This document shows, piece by piece, positions 10,321 to 17,785 of a DNA stretch of 57,695 bases. Each line of letters starts with the position of its first letter. The stretch's first letter is position 1. The notes beneath the pieces are model-generated. The model was not told the origin of the DNA. It worked only from the letters and a program-made list of their open reading frames with translations, and made no database searches. Position numbers and translations under genes: made by a program. The stretch comes from a virus. The DNA lies in IMG/VR virus record IMGVR_UViG_3300045988_076491; one strand, given 5' to 3'.

Positions 10321-10350
10321 ACCCGGTATGAAAATACCGGGTTTCTTCTT
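10321..10350 (+). terminator. Rho-independent terminator ending the late operon
   Basis: Stem acccggtat, loop gaaa, stem ataccgggt, followed by ttcttctt. Confidence 0.8.
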
Positions 10351-10366
10351 ATTAAAATATAAACGC

Positions 10367-10382
10367 GCAACACGTTCGTAAT
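10367..10382 (+). promoter_or_regulatory. 16-mer GCAACACGTTCGTAAT; an exact inverted copy lies at 45454-45469
   Basis: Exact 16-nt reverse-complement match between two intergenic regions that bracket the late module. Confidence 0.6.
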
Positions 10383-10514
10383 TATAAGGCGATTATTTAT
10401 ATTAAAACTTTATTACGAACCCGTATATAACAAGTTACGCGTTCATAGTTATGCCTATGTTATTTTTTGTATAATTATATTAAAGGCAGCCCTTCACGGT
10501 TTTCCACGGACGCG

Positions 10515-10543
10515 TTTACAACTTCTTTCTTATATACTATAAT
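10515..10543 (+). promoter_or_regulatory. Sigma-70-type promoter for the transglycosylase gene
   Basis: TTTACA (10515-10520), 17-nt spacer, TATAAT (10538-10543). Confidence 0.6.
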
Positions 10544-10569
10544 AAAGGAAGTAAAGGAGGTACAGAAAA

Positions 10570-11298
10570 ATGAGTACAAAGTACAAATACAGCGCCGCGG
10601 CGAGGCGACGCAGACAAAAAGTAATAATGCAGCGTCGAATAGCTTGCCTTGTAGTTTCCACAGGACTTATAGCTGGCACTGCATTCGCGTCTAATCACTT
10701 TCATCAAAAAGATGTACAAGCTCTAAATGATGAGATTTGTAGATTAAACGCCCAAGTAACGGAGTTGGCTAGTGAGAATCAGGAACTCAGCGCCGCACTG
10801 CCGCAATCCAATGATAAATTAAGATTGTTTGTAGATGACACAGAGGTGCGCGCCGCGGAGCCTACATACTATGACATTCCGTTGAGTAAAGACTTACAAC
10901 TTTACACCTACAACAGATGTGTAGAGTATGGTATTCCTGAGCATTACGAACTCGTGCTTGCCATGATGTGGCAAGAGAGTAACTACACAGCAAATCTTAT
11001 CAGCCCTACTGATGATTATGGTATCATGCAAATCAATTCTCGTAATCATTCCTGGCTAGTAGATTTACTTGGACCTACTAACTTTCTTGATGCTAGTGAC
11101 AACATCAATGCTGGCGTTTATGTCATATCTAAACTTCTTATTAAGTACGGTGATGAGCATAAAGCTCTTATGTCCTACAACATGGGTGAGCATGGCGCAT
11201 CACTTAATTGGCAGGCTGGAAACTACACAAGCAATTATAGTCGCAGCGTCGTGGCGAAGCGTGAAGCAATCAAAGCTAATAACTACAACGCTGATTAA
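10570..11298 (+). CDS. Membrane-anchored lytic transglycosylase (SLT domain)
   Basis: N-terminal RRRRQK plus a TM anchor. SLT motifs MMWQESNY and DYGIMQINS. AAAGGAGG RBS. Confidence 0.8.
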   Translation: MSTKYKYSAAARRRRQKVIMQRRIACLVVSTGLIAGTAFASNHFHQKDVQALNDEICRLNAQVTELASENQELSAALPQSNDKLRLFVDDTEVRAAEPTYYDIPLSKDLQLYTYNRCVEYGIPEHYELVLAMMWQESNYTANLISPTDDYGIMQINSRNHSWLVDLLGPTNFLDASDNINAGVYVISKLLIKYGDEHKALMSYNMGEHGASLNWQAGNYTSNYSRSVVAKREAIKANNYNAD

Positions 11299-11396
11299 GA
11301 ACTGATTAAAATTGTTAAAAATAGAGAATATATAAGGAAATAAATATAAATAAGAAAAAGCCCAAATATCAATATACAATCAGATTATCTTATTTT

Positions 11397-11428
11397 TTAA
11401 CTTTCTTAACATTCTTAACCTTCTTAAC
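11397..11428 (-). repeat. Array of four TTAAC/(TC)TTAAC units at an exact 9-bp period (locus A, left arm)
   Basis: TTAAC begins at 11397, 11406, 11415 and 11424. Read on the minus strand the unit is GTTAAGA. Confidence 0.85.
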
Positions 11429-11520
11429 TTTTTGGCAACTTTTGTTCGGTTTTCAATTTTCATTTTGAAAAACTTAAAAACAAATCCTTATAGACGATTT
11501 TTGAGGGAGTACGTCAAAAA

Positions 11521-11553
11521 GTTAGGAAGGTTAAGAAAGTTGAGATGTTAAGA
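11521..11553 (+). repeat. Array of four GTTAAGA-like units at an 8-9 bp period (locus A, right arm, inverted relative to 11397-11428)
   Basis: GTTAGGA, GTTAAGA, GTTGAGA and GTTAAGA begin at 11521, 11530, 11539 and 11547. Confidence 0.85.
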
Positions 11554-11633
11554 AAACGCCAAGGGCCTTGCTCACGCCAGATTGCTGGCAGCCCCGCAAA
11601 GGACATCTGTAGAAAATCCGTAAGGAAAAGGGG

Positions 11634-11662
11634 TTTACTTTTAGGGGTAGGGGGTGTATAAT
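11634..11662 (+). promoter_or_regulatory. Sigma-70-type promoter for the tRNA-containing early unit
   Basis: TTTACT (11634-11639), 17-nt spacer, TATAAT (11657-11662) preceded by TG. Confidence 0.55.
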
Positions 11663-11728
11663 AATATCATAAGGTGCAGGACACCTAATAGAGACAATAG
11701 TCGAATATAAGAAAGGATGGTAATTACC

Positions 11729-12118
11729 ATGGCAAAGAAATTTGAAGTTGAAGTAACTGTTCCTGAGGGACTGAGCGCTGGTGACAAGTTCACTATCGAA
11801 GTCGAGGCTCCTACTCCTGAGAAGAAACCGAGAGGCCAGCTGGCTGGTATCGCTTTGGAGGATATGACAGATGAGCAGCTTAAGCGTGAGCTTATCAATG
11901 CTAACTCTGTTCTTTACAAAGCTAAGCAGCGTGGTGCTTCTGAGGAAACTATCGCAGCTAACCAGGCACGTGTTGATGCAGCTAAGGCTGAGAAAGCTAA
12001 ACGTGCTGGTACTCCTGCAGAGAGTGAAGCTCCTAACGTTGAGGCAGCTATGGAGGGTAACACTGAAGCAGCTGGCGGAGACGGCGTGTATGACGAGCAG
12101 TCTGCTGCTGAGATGTAA
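11729..12118 (+). CDS. Small charged protein; possible divergent member of the family at 41490 and 44374
   Basis: ATG at 11729 chosen (GAAAGGA RBS). Segment TDEQLKRELINANSVLYKAKQRG resembles TAEQL...IRNVQSKKSIMKSK in the 41490 protein. Confidence 0.7.
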   Translation: MAKKFEVEVTVPEGLSAGDKFTIEVEAPTPEKKPRGQLAGIALEDMTDEQLKRELINANSVLYKAKQRGASEETIAANQARVDAAKAEKAKRAGTPAESEAPNVEAAMEGNTEAAGGDGVYDEQSAAEM

Positions 12119-12182
12119 TTTCTCACAGTATGAGGTGTAGTTGTTACACTTCATCAATCGGCGTGTATTCTTAGAATGTTCG

Positions 12183-12260
12183 CCGACTGATAAGAGCTCA
12201 TAAGGTCCTTAGCTATGATGAGACGCAGGACCTCACACAGTATGGGCTCTTATCAGTCGG
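12183..12260 (+). ncRNA. 78-nt perfect-stem hairpin element upstream of the tRNA-Met gene
   Basis: The 15-bp arm ccgactgataagagc (12183-12197) pairs perfectly with gctcttatcagtcgg (12246-12260). An inner 7-bp stem pairs aggtcct with aggacct. Confidence 0.4.
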
Positions 12261-12354
12261 TGAACATCTTCACAGGCTAGTAGCACCGTGGCATATGATT
12301 GAGTGTAGTTCATCCCTACTTCAACACAAGTATATGTCACGGCACTCCTTCTAT

Positions 12355-12428
12355 GGCGGGGTAGAGCAGCTTGGTAGCTCGCTGGGTTCATAACCCAGAG
12401 GTCGGTGGTTCAAATCCACTTCCCGCAA
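12355..12428 (+). tRNA. tRNA-Met (CAT) with initiator (fMet) hallmarks
   Basis: Cloverleaf folded by hand. Anticodon loop TTCATAA, GGG:CCC in the anticodon stem, A11:T24, unpaired 1:72 (G x A). Very similar to bacterial tRNA-fMet. No encoded CCA. Confidence 0.85.
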
Positions 12429-12574
12429 TTATTGTCCTGGCAGACGAAACCAAAGTAAAGGACCGGATGCATGAATGCGTTCATTGGGACATGGCAGTTA
12501 TGAAGCTGGGAAAGCTGTCAATCATGGGGCGTTAGCTCAGTTGGGAAAACATCACAGTAGATTGGAGGTACTAC

Positions 12575-12739
12575 ATGTCAAAGATAAATAAGAAGGCTTG
12601 GTCTAACTACTTTAAGTCTTATATTGTATGCGTTAAATACATATCCGATACTAATTGGTATTTTTACTTGTTAGGTAACAAAGGAAGAGTACTTAAAGCT
12701 CAGACGGCTTATTCTTATTTCGATTGGCAAGATTTGTAA
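12575..12739 (+). CDS. 54-aa hypothetical protein between the two tRNAs
   Basis: GGAGG lies 7 nt upstream of the ATG. Below the ORF-track size cutoff. Sequence MSKINKKAWSNYFKSYIVCVKYISDTNWYFYLLGNKGRVLKAQTAYSYFDWQDL. Confidence 0.45.
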   Translation: MSKINKKAWSNYFKSYIVCVKYISDTNWYFYLLGNKGRVLKAQTAYSYFDWQDL

Positions 12740-12742
12740 TAT

Positions 12743-12818
12743 GTACTTGTAGCTCAACGGATAGAGCGCTCGGTTGCGAACTGAGAAGATAGGGGTTCGA
12801 AACCCTTCAAGTGCGCCA
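12743..12818 (+). tRNA. tRNA-Arg (anticodon GCG by hand fold) with encoded CCA
   Basis: Acceptor GTACTTG/CAAGTGC, D arm GCTC/GAGC, anticodon stem CTCGG/CTGAG, loop TTGCGAA, T arm AGGGG-TTCGAAA-CCCTT, ends GCCA. Confidence 0.8.
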
Positions 12819-12890
12819 AAGTTCTAGCATTGGTCTTTGGGATAGTTTGCCATCTACCTTGCTTTCAGCCGATGCTAGAACTACAAGGAT

Positions 12891-12920
12891 GTCTGCATGA
12901 TAAGTGCAGACTATTCTTTG
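12891..12920 (+). terminator. Rho-independent terminator after the tRNA unit
   Basis: Stem gtctgca, loop tgataag, stem tgcagac, followed by tattctttg. Confidence 0.6.
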
Positions 12921-12958
12921 GATGAAAGTCTTAAAAGGCGGGTAACCAGTTTAAGGAG

Positions 12959-14668
12959 GTGTCCAGATTGAGAAACAGAATATTGATGTCTAGAAACTGC
13001 CTTGAAGTTCAGTGTGACCGCAATGACGTGGAAACACAAACTCTTATGTCTAGCATCTATCCTATTCATACAAACAGAATAAAGACAAGTTATAAGATGT
13101 CTATACATAAGGTTCCGGAGGTACTTAAGCTGCTGAGAGGAATTGGTGTAGATAATATAGATACTGCGCCACAGCAAGTTCAGGAATACTTTTACAATGA
13201 GCTGGCCATTAGAAGTAATGTTGAAGATTTGATTAAGAATGGGCCAAGAGAATCATGTGAAGTGAATGAACACTTAACTCTTATGCGTCATCAGCAGCTC
13301 GGCAGAGAAATAGCAAAGTATCAGGACAGATACGCTTTCTTTTATGATACACGTACAGGTAAGACTCCATTGTCATTAGCAATAATGTATGATGACATTG
13401 TAGCTAACCCTTCTCATAAGTGGCTAGTAGTTTGTCCATTGATTCTTATTGAGAATGCCTGGATTCCTGATGCTGCTGAGTTCATACCAGAGATTAAGAT
13501 AGTTAGCTGTCATGCATCTACACCTGCTAAACGAATTGAGCGTATCAATTCAGATGCTAATATTTATGTTACTAATACAGAATCATTTGTAAAGTATCGT
13601 GAGCACTTTGATAAGCTGCATCTTACTGGCTGCATAATTGATGAAAGCTCTGATATGAAGAGTCCAAAGTCAAAAGTCAGTAAAGAGCTTGTAGATTTTG
13701 CACAGACACTTAAGCGTTTCTACTTATTGTCTGGTACACCTGCACCTAATGGAGAACAGGAATATTACATGCAGCTTAAGGCTGTAGATTATTATGGTAT
13801 TCAGCAAAGCTACACTCAGTTTAAGGAGCACTACTTTGTCAATATGTCCTACAATCCACAGTTTGAAAAATTGGCTTTAAGGCCAGATAAAAAGGACGAG
13901 CTCTTTTCTCTGATTAGACAGTATGCACTTTATGTCGACAAGGAAGATGTGCTTACAACGCCAGGTAGAACATTTCATGAGGTAGAGTTTGAAATGCCAC
14001 CTGAGCTTAAGAAGCACTACAATAAACTTAAGAATGAGCTGTACATTGAGCTTGGTGATGGACTGCAAATTACAGCACCAAGTACAGCCGCAAAACTCAA
14101 TAAGCTAAACCAGGTAACATCTGGCTTTGTAATTGATACGCAGGCTGTAAAAGAAAATAAGTTCTACAATGAAGATAGAACAGAGCTGTACAATTTAAGC
14201 GGCTACCGTTTCGCAAAGCTTATTGATTTGCTTGGAGAAATAGGAGATGAGCAGGTTCTTATATGGGCTAACTACAAAGCAGAGTTCAAAATCATACGAG
14301 AAGCACTTGGAGACACGTGTAGATGTGTATATGGTGAAACTTCCATAACTGAAAAGAATGAAGCGATTCGTCTGTTCAAAGAAGGCAAGATTCAGTATTT
14401 GATTGCAAACCCAGCATCAGCTGACAAAGGTCTGACACTAACAAATGCCCATATATCAATTTACTTCAGCTTGAACTGGTCCTATGAACTTTTTAAGCAG
14501 TCAATGGAACGAATCTATGGAGACATTAAGAAGCAGCCAAAGCACTGTGATTATTATGTAATGATTGCTAAAGGAACAATAGATAGAGTGTTATACAGCG
14601 ACGTTCTTCAAGGTAAAGGAAGGGCAAGTTATGCAGTGCTTAACCACCTGAAAGGTGGTGCATTGTAG
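12959..14668 (+). CDS. SNF2-family DNA helicase / translocase
   Basis: Motifs DTRTGKT (I), IIDESSDMK (II), LSGTPAPN (III) and QSMERIYG (VI). Start is uncertain: GTG 12959, TTG 12968 or later ATGs. Confidence 0.85.
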   Translation: MSRLRNRILMSRNCLEVQCDRNDVETQTLMSSIYPIHTNRIKTSYKMSIHKVPEVLKLLRGIGVDNIDTAPQQVQEYFYNELAIRSNVEDLIKNGPRESCEVNEHLTLMRHQQLGREIAKYQDRYAFFYDTRTGKTPLSLAIMYDDIVANPSHKWLVVCPLILIENAWIPDAAEFIPEIKIVSCHASTPAKRIERINSDANIYVTNTESFVKYREHFDKLHLTGCIIDESSDMKSPKSKVSKELVDFAQTLKRFYLLSGTPAPNGEQEYYMQLKAVDYYGIQQSYTQFKEHYFVNMSYNPQFEKLALRPDKKDELFSLIRQYALYVDKEDVLTTPGRTFHEVEFEMPPELKKHYNKLKNELYIELGDGLQITAPSTAAKLNKLNQVTSGFVIDTQAVKENKFYNEDRTELYNLSGYRFAKLIDLLGEIGDEQVLIWANYKAEFKIIREALGDTCRCVYGETSITEKNEAIRLFKEGKIQYLIANPASADKGLTLTNAHISIYFSLNWSYELFKQSMERIYGDIKKQPKHCDYYVMIAKGTIDRVLYSDVLQGKGRASYAVLNHLKGGAL

Positions 14669-14847
14669 TGTACTACATAACAATTGGCGAAATAATAGAA
14701 AGCTTACAGGAGCTGCCAAAGAATACAGAAATTAGTTCATTCGGTACAGGTTACTGTAATGATAGACAGTACATAACTGTCAGTGATATAGATGGTAATG
14801 TACTTAAAGAAATAAATCTTAACAGGAGGGGCAATGATGCGCGTTAA
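14668..14847 (+). CDS. 59-aa hypothetical protein (GTG start overlapping the SNF2 stop)
   Basis: TAGTG overlap; the open frame fills the gap. Not in the ORF track because it is under 60 aa. Confidence 0.45.
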   Translation: MYYITIGEIIESLQELPKNTEISSFGTGYCNDRQYITVSDIDGNVLKEINLNRRGNDAR

Positions 14848-15058
14848 AACTGTCAATGTTACAAACCCTAGAAATGTGCTAGTGCAAATACCTAGCTTTG
14901 TTATTGCAGACTGGGGTACTACACTTGGCAGTCATTTAGAGGTATGTTATGATGAACAAAAACAGACAATTACCATCAGACCAGCAATACAGCGACGAGG
15001 GAACTCTACTGGAAAAAGTAATGCAATGGCTGGAACCGCAGAGGCGAGAGCGAATTAA
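14834..15058 (+). CDS. AbrB/SpoVT-like small DNA-binding protein (tentative)
   Basis: AGGAGGGG RBS. N-terminal VKTVNVTNPRNVLVQIPSFVIADWG...TITIRP resembles a looped-hinge-helix fold. The 3' 110 nt overlaps the next gene. Confidence 0.45.
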   Translation: MMRVKTVNVTNPRNVLVQIPSFVIADWGTTLGSHLEVCYDEQKQTITIRPAIQRRGNSTGKSNAMAGTAEARAN

Positions 15059-15284
15059 AGCTATTCGTGTGTGTGATAGATACAACAAGGGCTACTCTGA
15101 CGTATTCATATGTGTACACGGCATACTAGTGTTAGCTGAGCTTAAGGATGACACTGGCACACCGACGCCGCACCAGTTGAAGTTTCTTGAAGAGATGCGC
15201 GCCGCCGGAGCTATCGGAGGTGTGTGTAGGTCTGTAAAGGAAGTTTCTGACTTAGTTGAACAAGCTAAGCAACTAATTAAATAA
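14949..15284 (+). CDS. VRR-NUC domain nuclease
   Basis: GYSDVFICVHG...LAELKDDTGTPTPHQLKFLEEMRAAGAIGGV matches the VRR-NUC D...ExK...Q pattern. GAGG RBS. Confidence 0.7.
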   Translation: MMNKNRQLPSDQQYSDEGTLLEKVMQWLEPQRRERIKAIRVCDRYNKGYSDVFICVHGILVLAELKDDTGTPTPHQLKFLEEMRAAGAIGGVCRSVKEVSDLVEQAKQLIK

Positions 15285-15297
15285 AGGAGGGTATCTT

Positions 15298-15864
15298 ATG
15301 CAAGATGACATTAACGATAAGATAGCAAGTAATGTTGGTCTTATCTTTAATCAACTAAATAAGTTTAATCTTGCTAAGGACCCTGAAGCTGAGAGCATTG
15401 GTTATGAAGCACTTTACAATGCAATACTAACATATGACCAAAGCAAAAGCGTACAGTTTTCTACGTATGCTTCGGTATGTATCTACAATGCTTTAGGGTC
15501 ATATGTAAGAACGCAAAATAAGCAACGCCAACTGGAGGTAATATCTTACAACAATGTTGCTTACACAGAAGATGGAACAGACCATGAGTTTGTAGATTTT
15601 ATTTCTGCACCATCAGATGTTGAGCAGGACTACATGAAGAAAGAACTACACAGGTTGGTTAGAGAAGAATTTCAAAAACAGTATGATATACTGACAAATG
15701 AGAAGCATAAAAGTATCATATCACTGTGGCGCGATTCAGAGTATGAAGCGTCAATGGTATCGATAGCTAAACAAGTCGGAGTTTCTCAGCCATACGTCAG
15801 TCAAGTCATAAATAGCTTCAAATTTAATTTAAGAAAAAGATTGGAGGAACACTACTATGATTGA
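15298..15864 (+). CDS. Phage-encoded sigma-70-family sigma factor
   Basis: Region 2-like GYEALYNAILTYD...FSTYASVCIYNAL. Region 4 HTH SIAKQVGVSQPYVSQVINSFKFNLRKRL. Confidence 0.75.
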   Translation: MQDDINDKIASNVGLIFNQLNKFNLAKDPEAESIGYEALYNAILTYDQSKSVQFSTYASVCIYNALGSYVRTQNKQRQLEVISYNNVAYTEDGTDHEFVDFISAPSDVEQDYMKKELHRLVREEFQKQYDILTNEKHKSIISLWRDSEYEASMVSIAKQVGVSQPYVSQVINSFKFNLRKRLEEHYYD

Positions 15865-17212
15865 AGCCGCAAAAGTTATCAATCTAATCGGTAACACAAG
15901 CAGTAGCAATGATAAGTTGTACCTGCTTAAGAAGAACGAAAATGTGCCTGGACTTAAGACTATTCTTAAGTTTATCTATGACCCGTACACAAGAACAGGT
16001 ATTTCTAAAGCTAAGCTTGCTAAGGCACTTAAGATTGCAGACGCACGTGGTCCATACGTTATTGGTAATGAGCCATTTATCTCGTATACTGAGATGATTG
16101 ATTACTTAAAGACGCACACTACAGGAAATGATTGTGACATTACAATGGCAGCACGTTTCATTAACTGCACCAAAGTAATGTATCCTGAGGCTGAGGAGCT
16201 TGCAAAGGCAATTGTTACGCAGGACTTGAAGATTGGTGTTACGGCAACATCGCTGAATAAAGTGTATGGAGCAGATTTCATTCCTAAGATTGGTTGCATG
16301 CTTGGCACGCTGTATGGTGATGTTGGACCTGAGAAGACCAAGTGGCCTTGCATTGTTACAGAGAAACTTGACGGTATTCGTCGTATACTGGTTAAGGAGA
16401 ATGGTGTTTGTAGATGCTATAGTCGCTCAGGACATGAAGACACCGGTCTTATTGAAATTGTAGAAGATGCAAAGTATCTGCCTAACAACACCGTGTATGA
16501 TGGCGAGCTTTTAGCAGCTGGTACATTTAAGGATTGCATCGCCCAGCGCCAGGCTACAAACTCTATTGCAAACAGCAAAGGTGACAAAACAGGTCTTACA
16601 TTCAATGTGTTTGATATGGTGCCGCTTGATGAGTTCAGAGCTGGTATCTCTAACGATAAAGCCTTGGTTCGTAAAATCACACTAGGTGCAACTTTAATGG
16701 ATGAAAGCATCCAGCACCTTGAACCAGATAAGTGGCCTATGCTTATTCAGGCATTTGGTATTCATACAGAACTTAAGGCTATACGTCCAGTCCCTATTCT
16801 TGGACTTGTTAAGTGCATGGCTGACGTTGAGCCAATTGTCAATGAGATTTGGGCACGCGGCGGCGAAGGTGTAATGCTTAACTCTACTGTTGGTAAGTAT
16901 GAAATTAAGCGTTCAAAAGAGCTGCTTAAAGTTAAGCATACTGAAGAGCACGTTCTTGAAGTAGTAGACATTCTTGAAGGTACTGGCAAATTTGAAGGAA
17001 TGATGGGAGCACTTGTAGTTGACTATAATGGTAATAAGCTTGGTGTAGGTTCTGGCTTTAATGATGCTCAGAGAAAAGACATTTGGGACAATCCTGAAAA
17101 GTATCTTGGGCGCAGTATTGAAATTGACACATTTGGCGAATCTACAAATGCTCTTGGTGAGAAATCACTAAACTGTCCTATATTTAAGAGATTTGTTGGA
17201 GAGGAGGAATAA
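15857..17212 (+). CDS. lig: ATP-dependent DNA ligase
   Basis: Motif I KLDGIR, motif III DGELL, motif IV EGVMLN, motif V LLKVK. Confidence 0.85.
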   Translation: MIEAAKVINLIGNTSSSNDKLYLLKKNENVPGLKTILKFIYDPYTRTGISKAKLAKALKIADARGPYVIGNEPFISYTEMIDYLKTHTTGNDCDITMAARFINCTKVMYPEAEELAKAIVTQDLKIGVTATSLNKVYGADFIPKIGCMLGTLYGDVGPEKTKWPCIVTEKLDGIRRILVKENGVCRCYSRSGHEDTGLIEIVEDAKYLPNNTVYDGELLAAGTFKDCIAQRQATNSIANSKGDKTGLTFNVFDMVPLDEFRAGISNDKALVRKITLGATLMDESIQHLEPDKWPMLIQAFGIHTELKAIRPVPILGLVKCMADVEPIVNEIWARGGEGVMLNSTVGKYEIKRSKELLKVKHTEEHVLEVVDILEGTGKFEGMMGALVVDYNGNKLGVGSGFNDAQRKDIWDNPEKYLGRSIEIDTFGESTNALGEKSLNCPIFKRFVGEEE

Positions 17213-17214
17213 CA

Positions 17215-17379
17215 ATGCTTAACACAGACGTAAATATTTGTAACGCGTGTAGATGCACACACTTTGGTAATGAGCCTGCAAATACAAATGATGATAATCA
17301 GTGCAATGAAGAGGCATGTGCTGAAGCTACTCAGCATTACAATGAAGAGCAGAACAAGGAAAGTGAGGTGCATGAATAA
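17215..17379 (+). CDS. 54-aa Cys-rich acidic hypothetical protein
   Basis: ATG lies 3 nt after the ligase stop and the gene ends in a TAATG overlap with the next one. Under 60 aa, so absent from the track. Confidence 0.5.
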   Translation: MLNTDVNICNACRCTHFGNEPANTNDDNQCNEEACAEATQHYNEEQNKESEVHE

Positions 17380-17627
17380 TGGCTGGCTTAACAATGGACA
17401 TTTTAGCACCTCGCCGCAGCGCTGAAGTAAACATTGGCACCTACTGGCATAAAAAGTTGGGAGTAGATATGGGCATTACGCCTTGCCATGTACTTGGCTT
17501 ATTTCAGGAAAATGATGGGGAAGATTATTATCCAGTGTTTGTATGCGAATTAAATGATGGACATGTTCTTACCGTTGAACCATCGGACGTACGCTTCACA
17601 GATACAGAAGGAGGTGTTATATTATGA
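17379..17627 (+). CDS. Hypothetical protein
   Basis: 82 aa; translationally coupled on both sides. Confidence 0.6.
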   Translation: MAGLTMDILAPRRSAEVNIGTYWHKKLGVDMGITPCHVLGLFQENDGEDYYPVFVCELNDGHVLTVEPSDVRFTDTEGGVIL

Positions 17628-17785
17628 TTGCTACTACTGTAGTTCAATGTGCCTGCCTTATTTTTTCACTTGTTTGTCTTGGACAAGCAATTAATAATGG
17701 AGCTACAAAGTTTGACAAGATTTCATTCTGTGTATTTTGCCTTATATTCTTATTGCTGTGTGTATGCTTACAGGGGGTGAAATAA
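17624..17785 (+). CDS. 53-aa two-TM membrane protein
   Basis: ATGA overlap upstream and TAATG overlap downstream. Hydrophobic segments VVQCACLIFSLVCLG and FCVFCLIFLLLCVCL. Confidence 0.5.
   Translation: MIATTVVQCACLIFSLVCLGQAINNGATKFDKISFCVFCLIFLLLCVCLQGVK

Noticed and set aside
11531-12157. A 208-aa minus-strand ORF and nested ORFs overlapping 11729..12118.
   Set aside because: It is antisense to a gene with a good RBS and promoter. It has an S/L/C-rich composition, no RBS, and runs through the promoter and iteron region.
12526-12546. The tRNA 5' fragment considered as an attP core for tRNA-targeted integration.
   Set aside because: I found no integrase, excisionase or repressor anywhere in the genome. 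Integrative phages normally carry the 3' part of the tRNA, not the 5' part.
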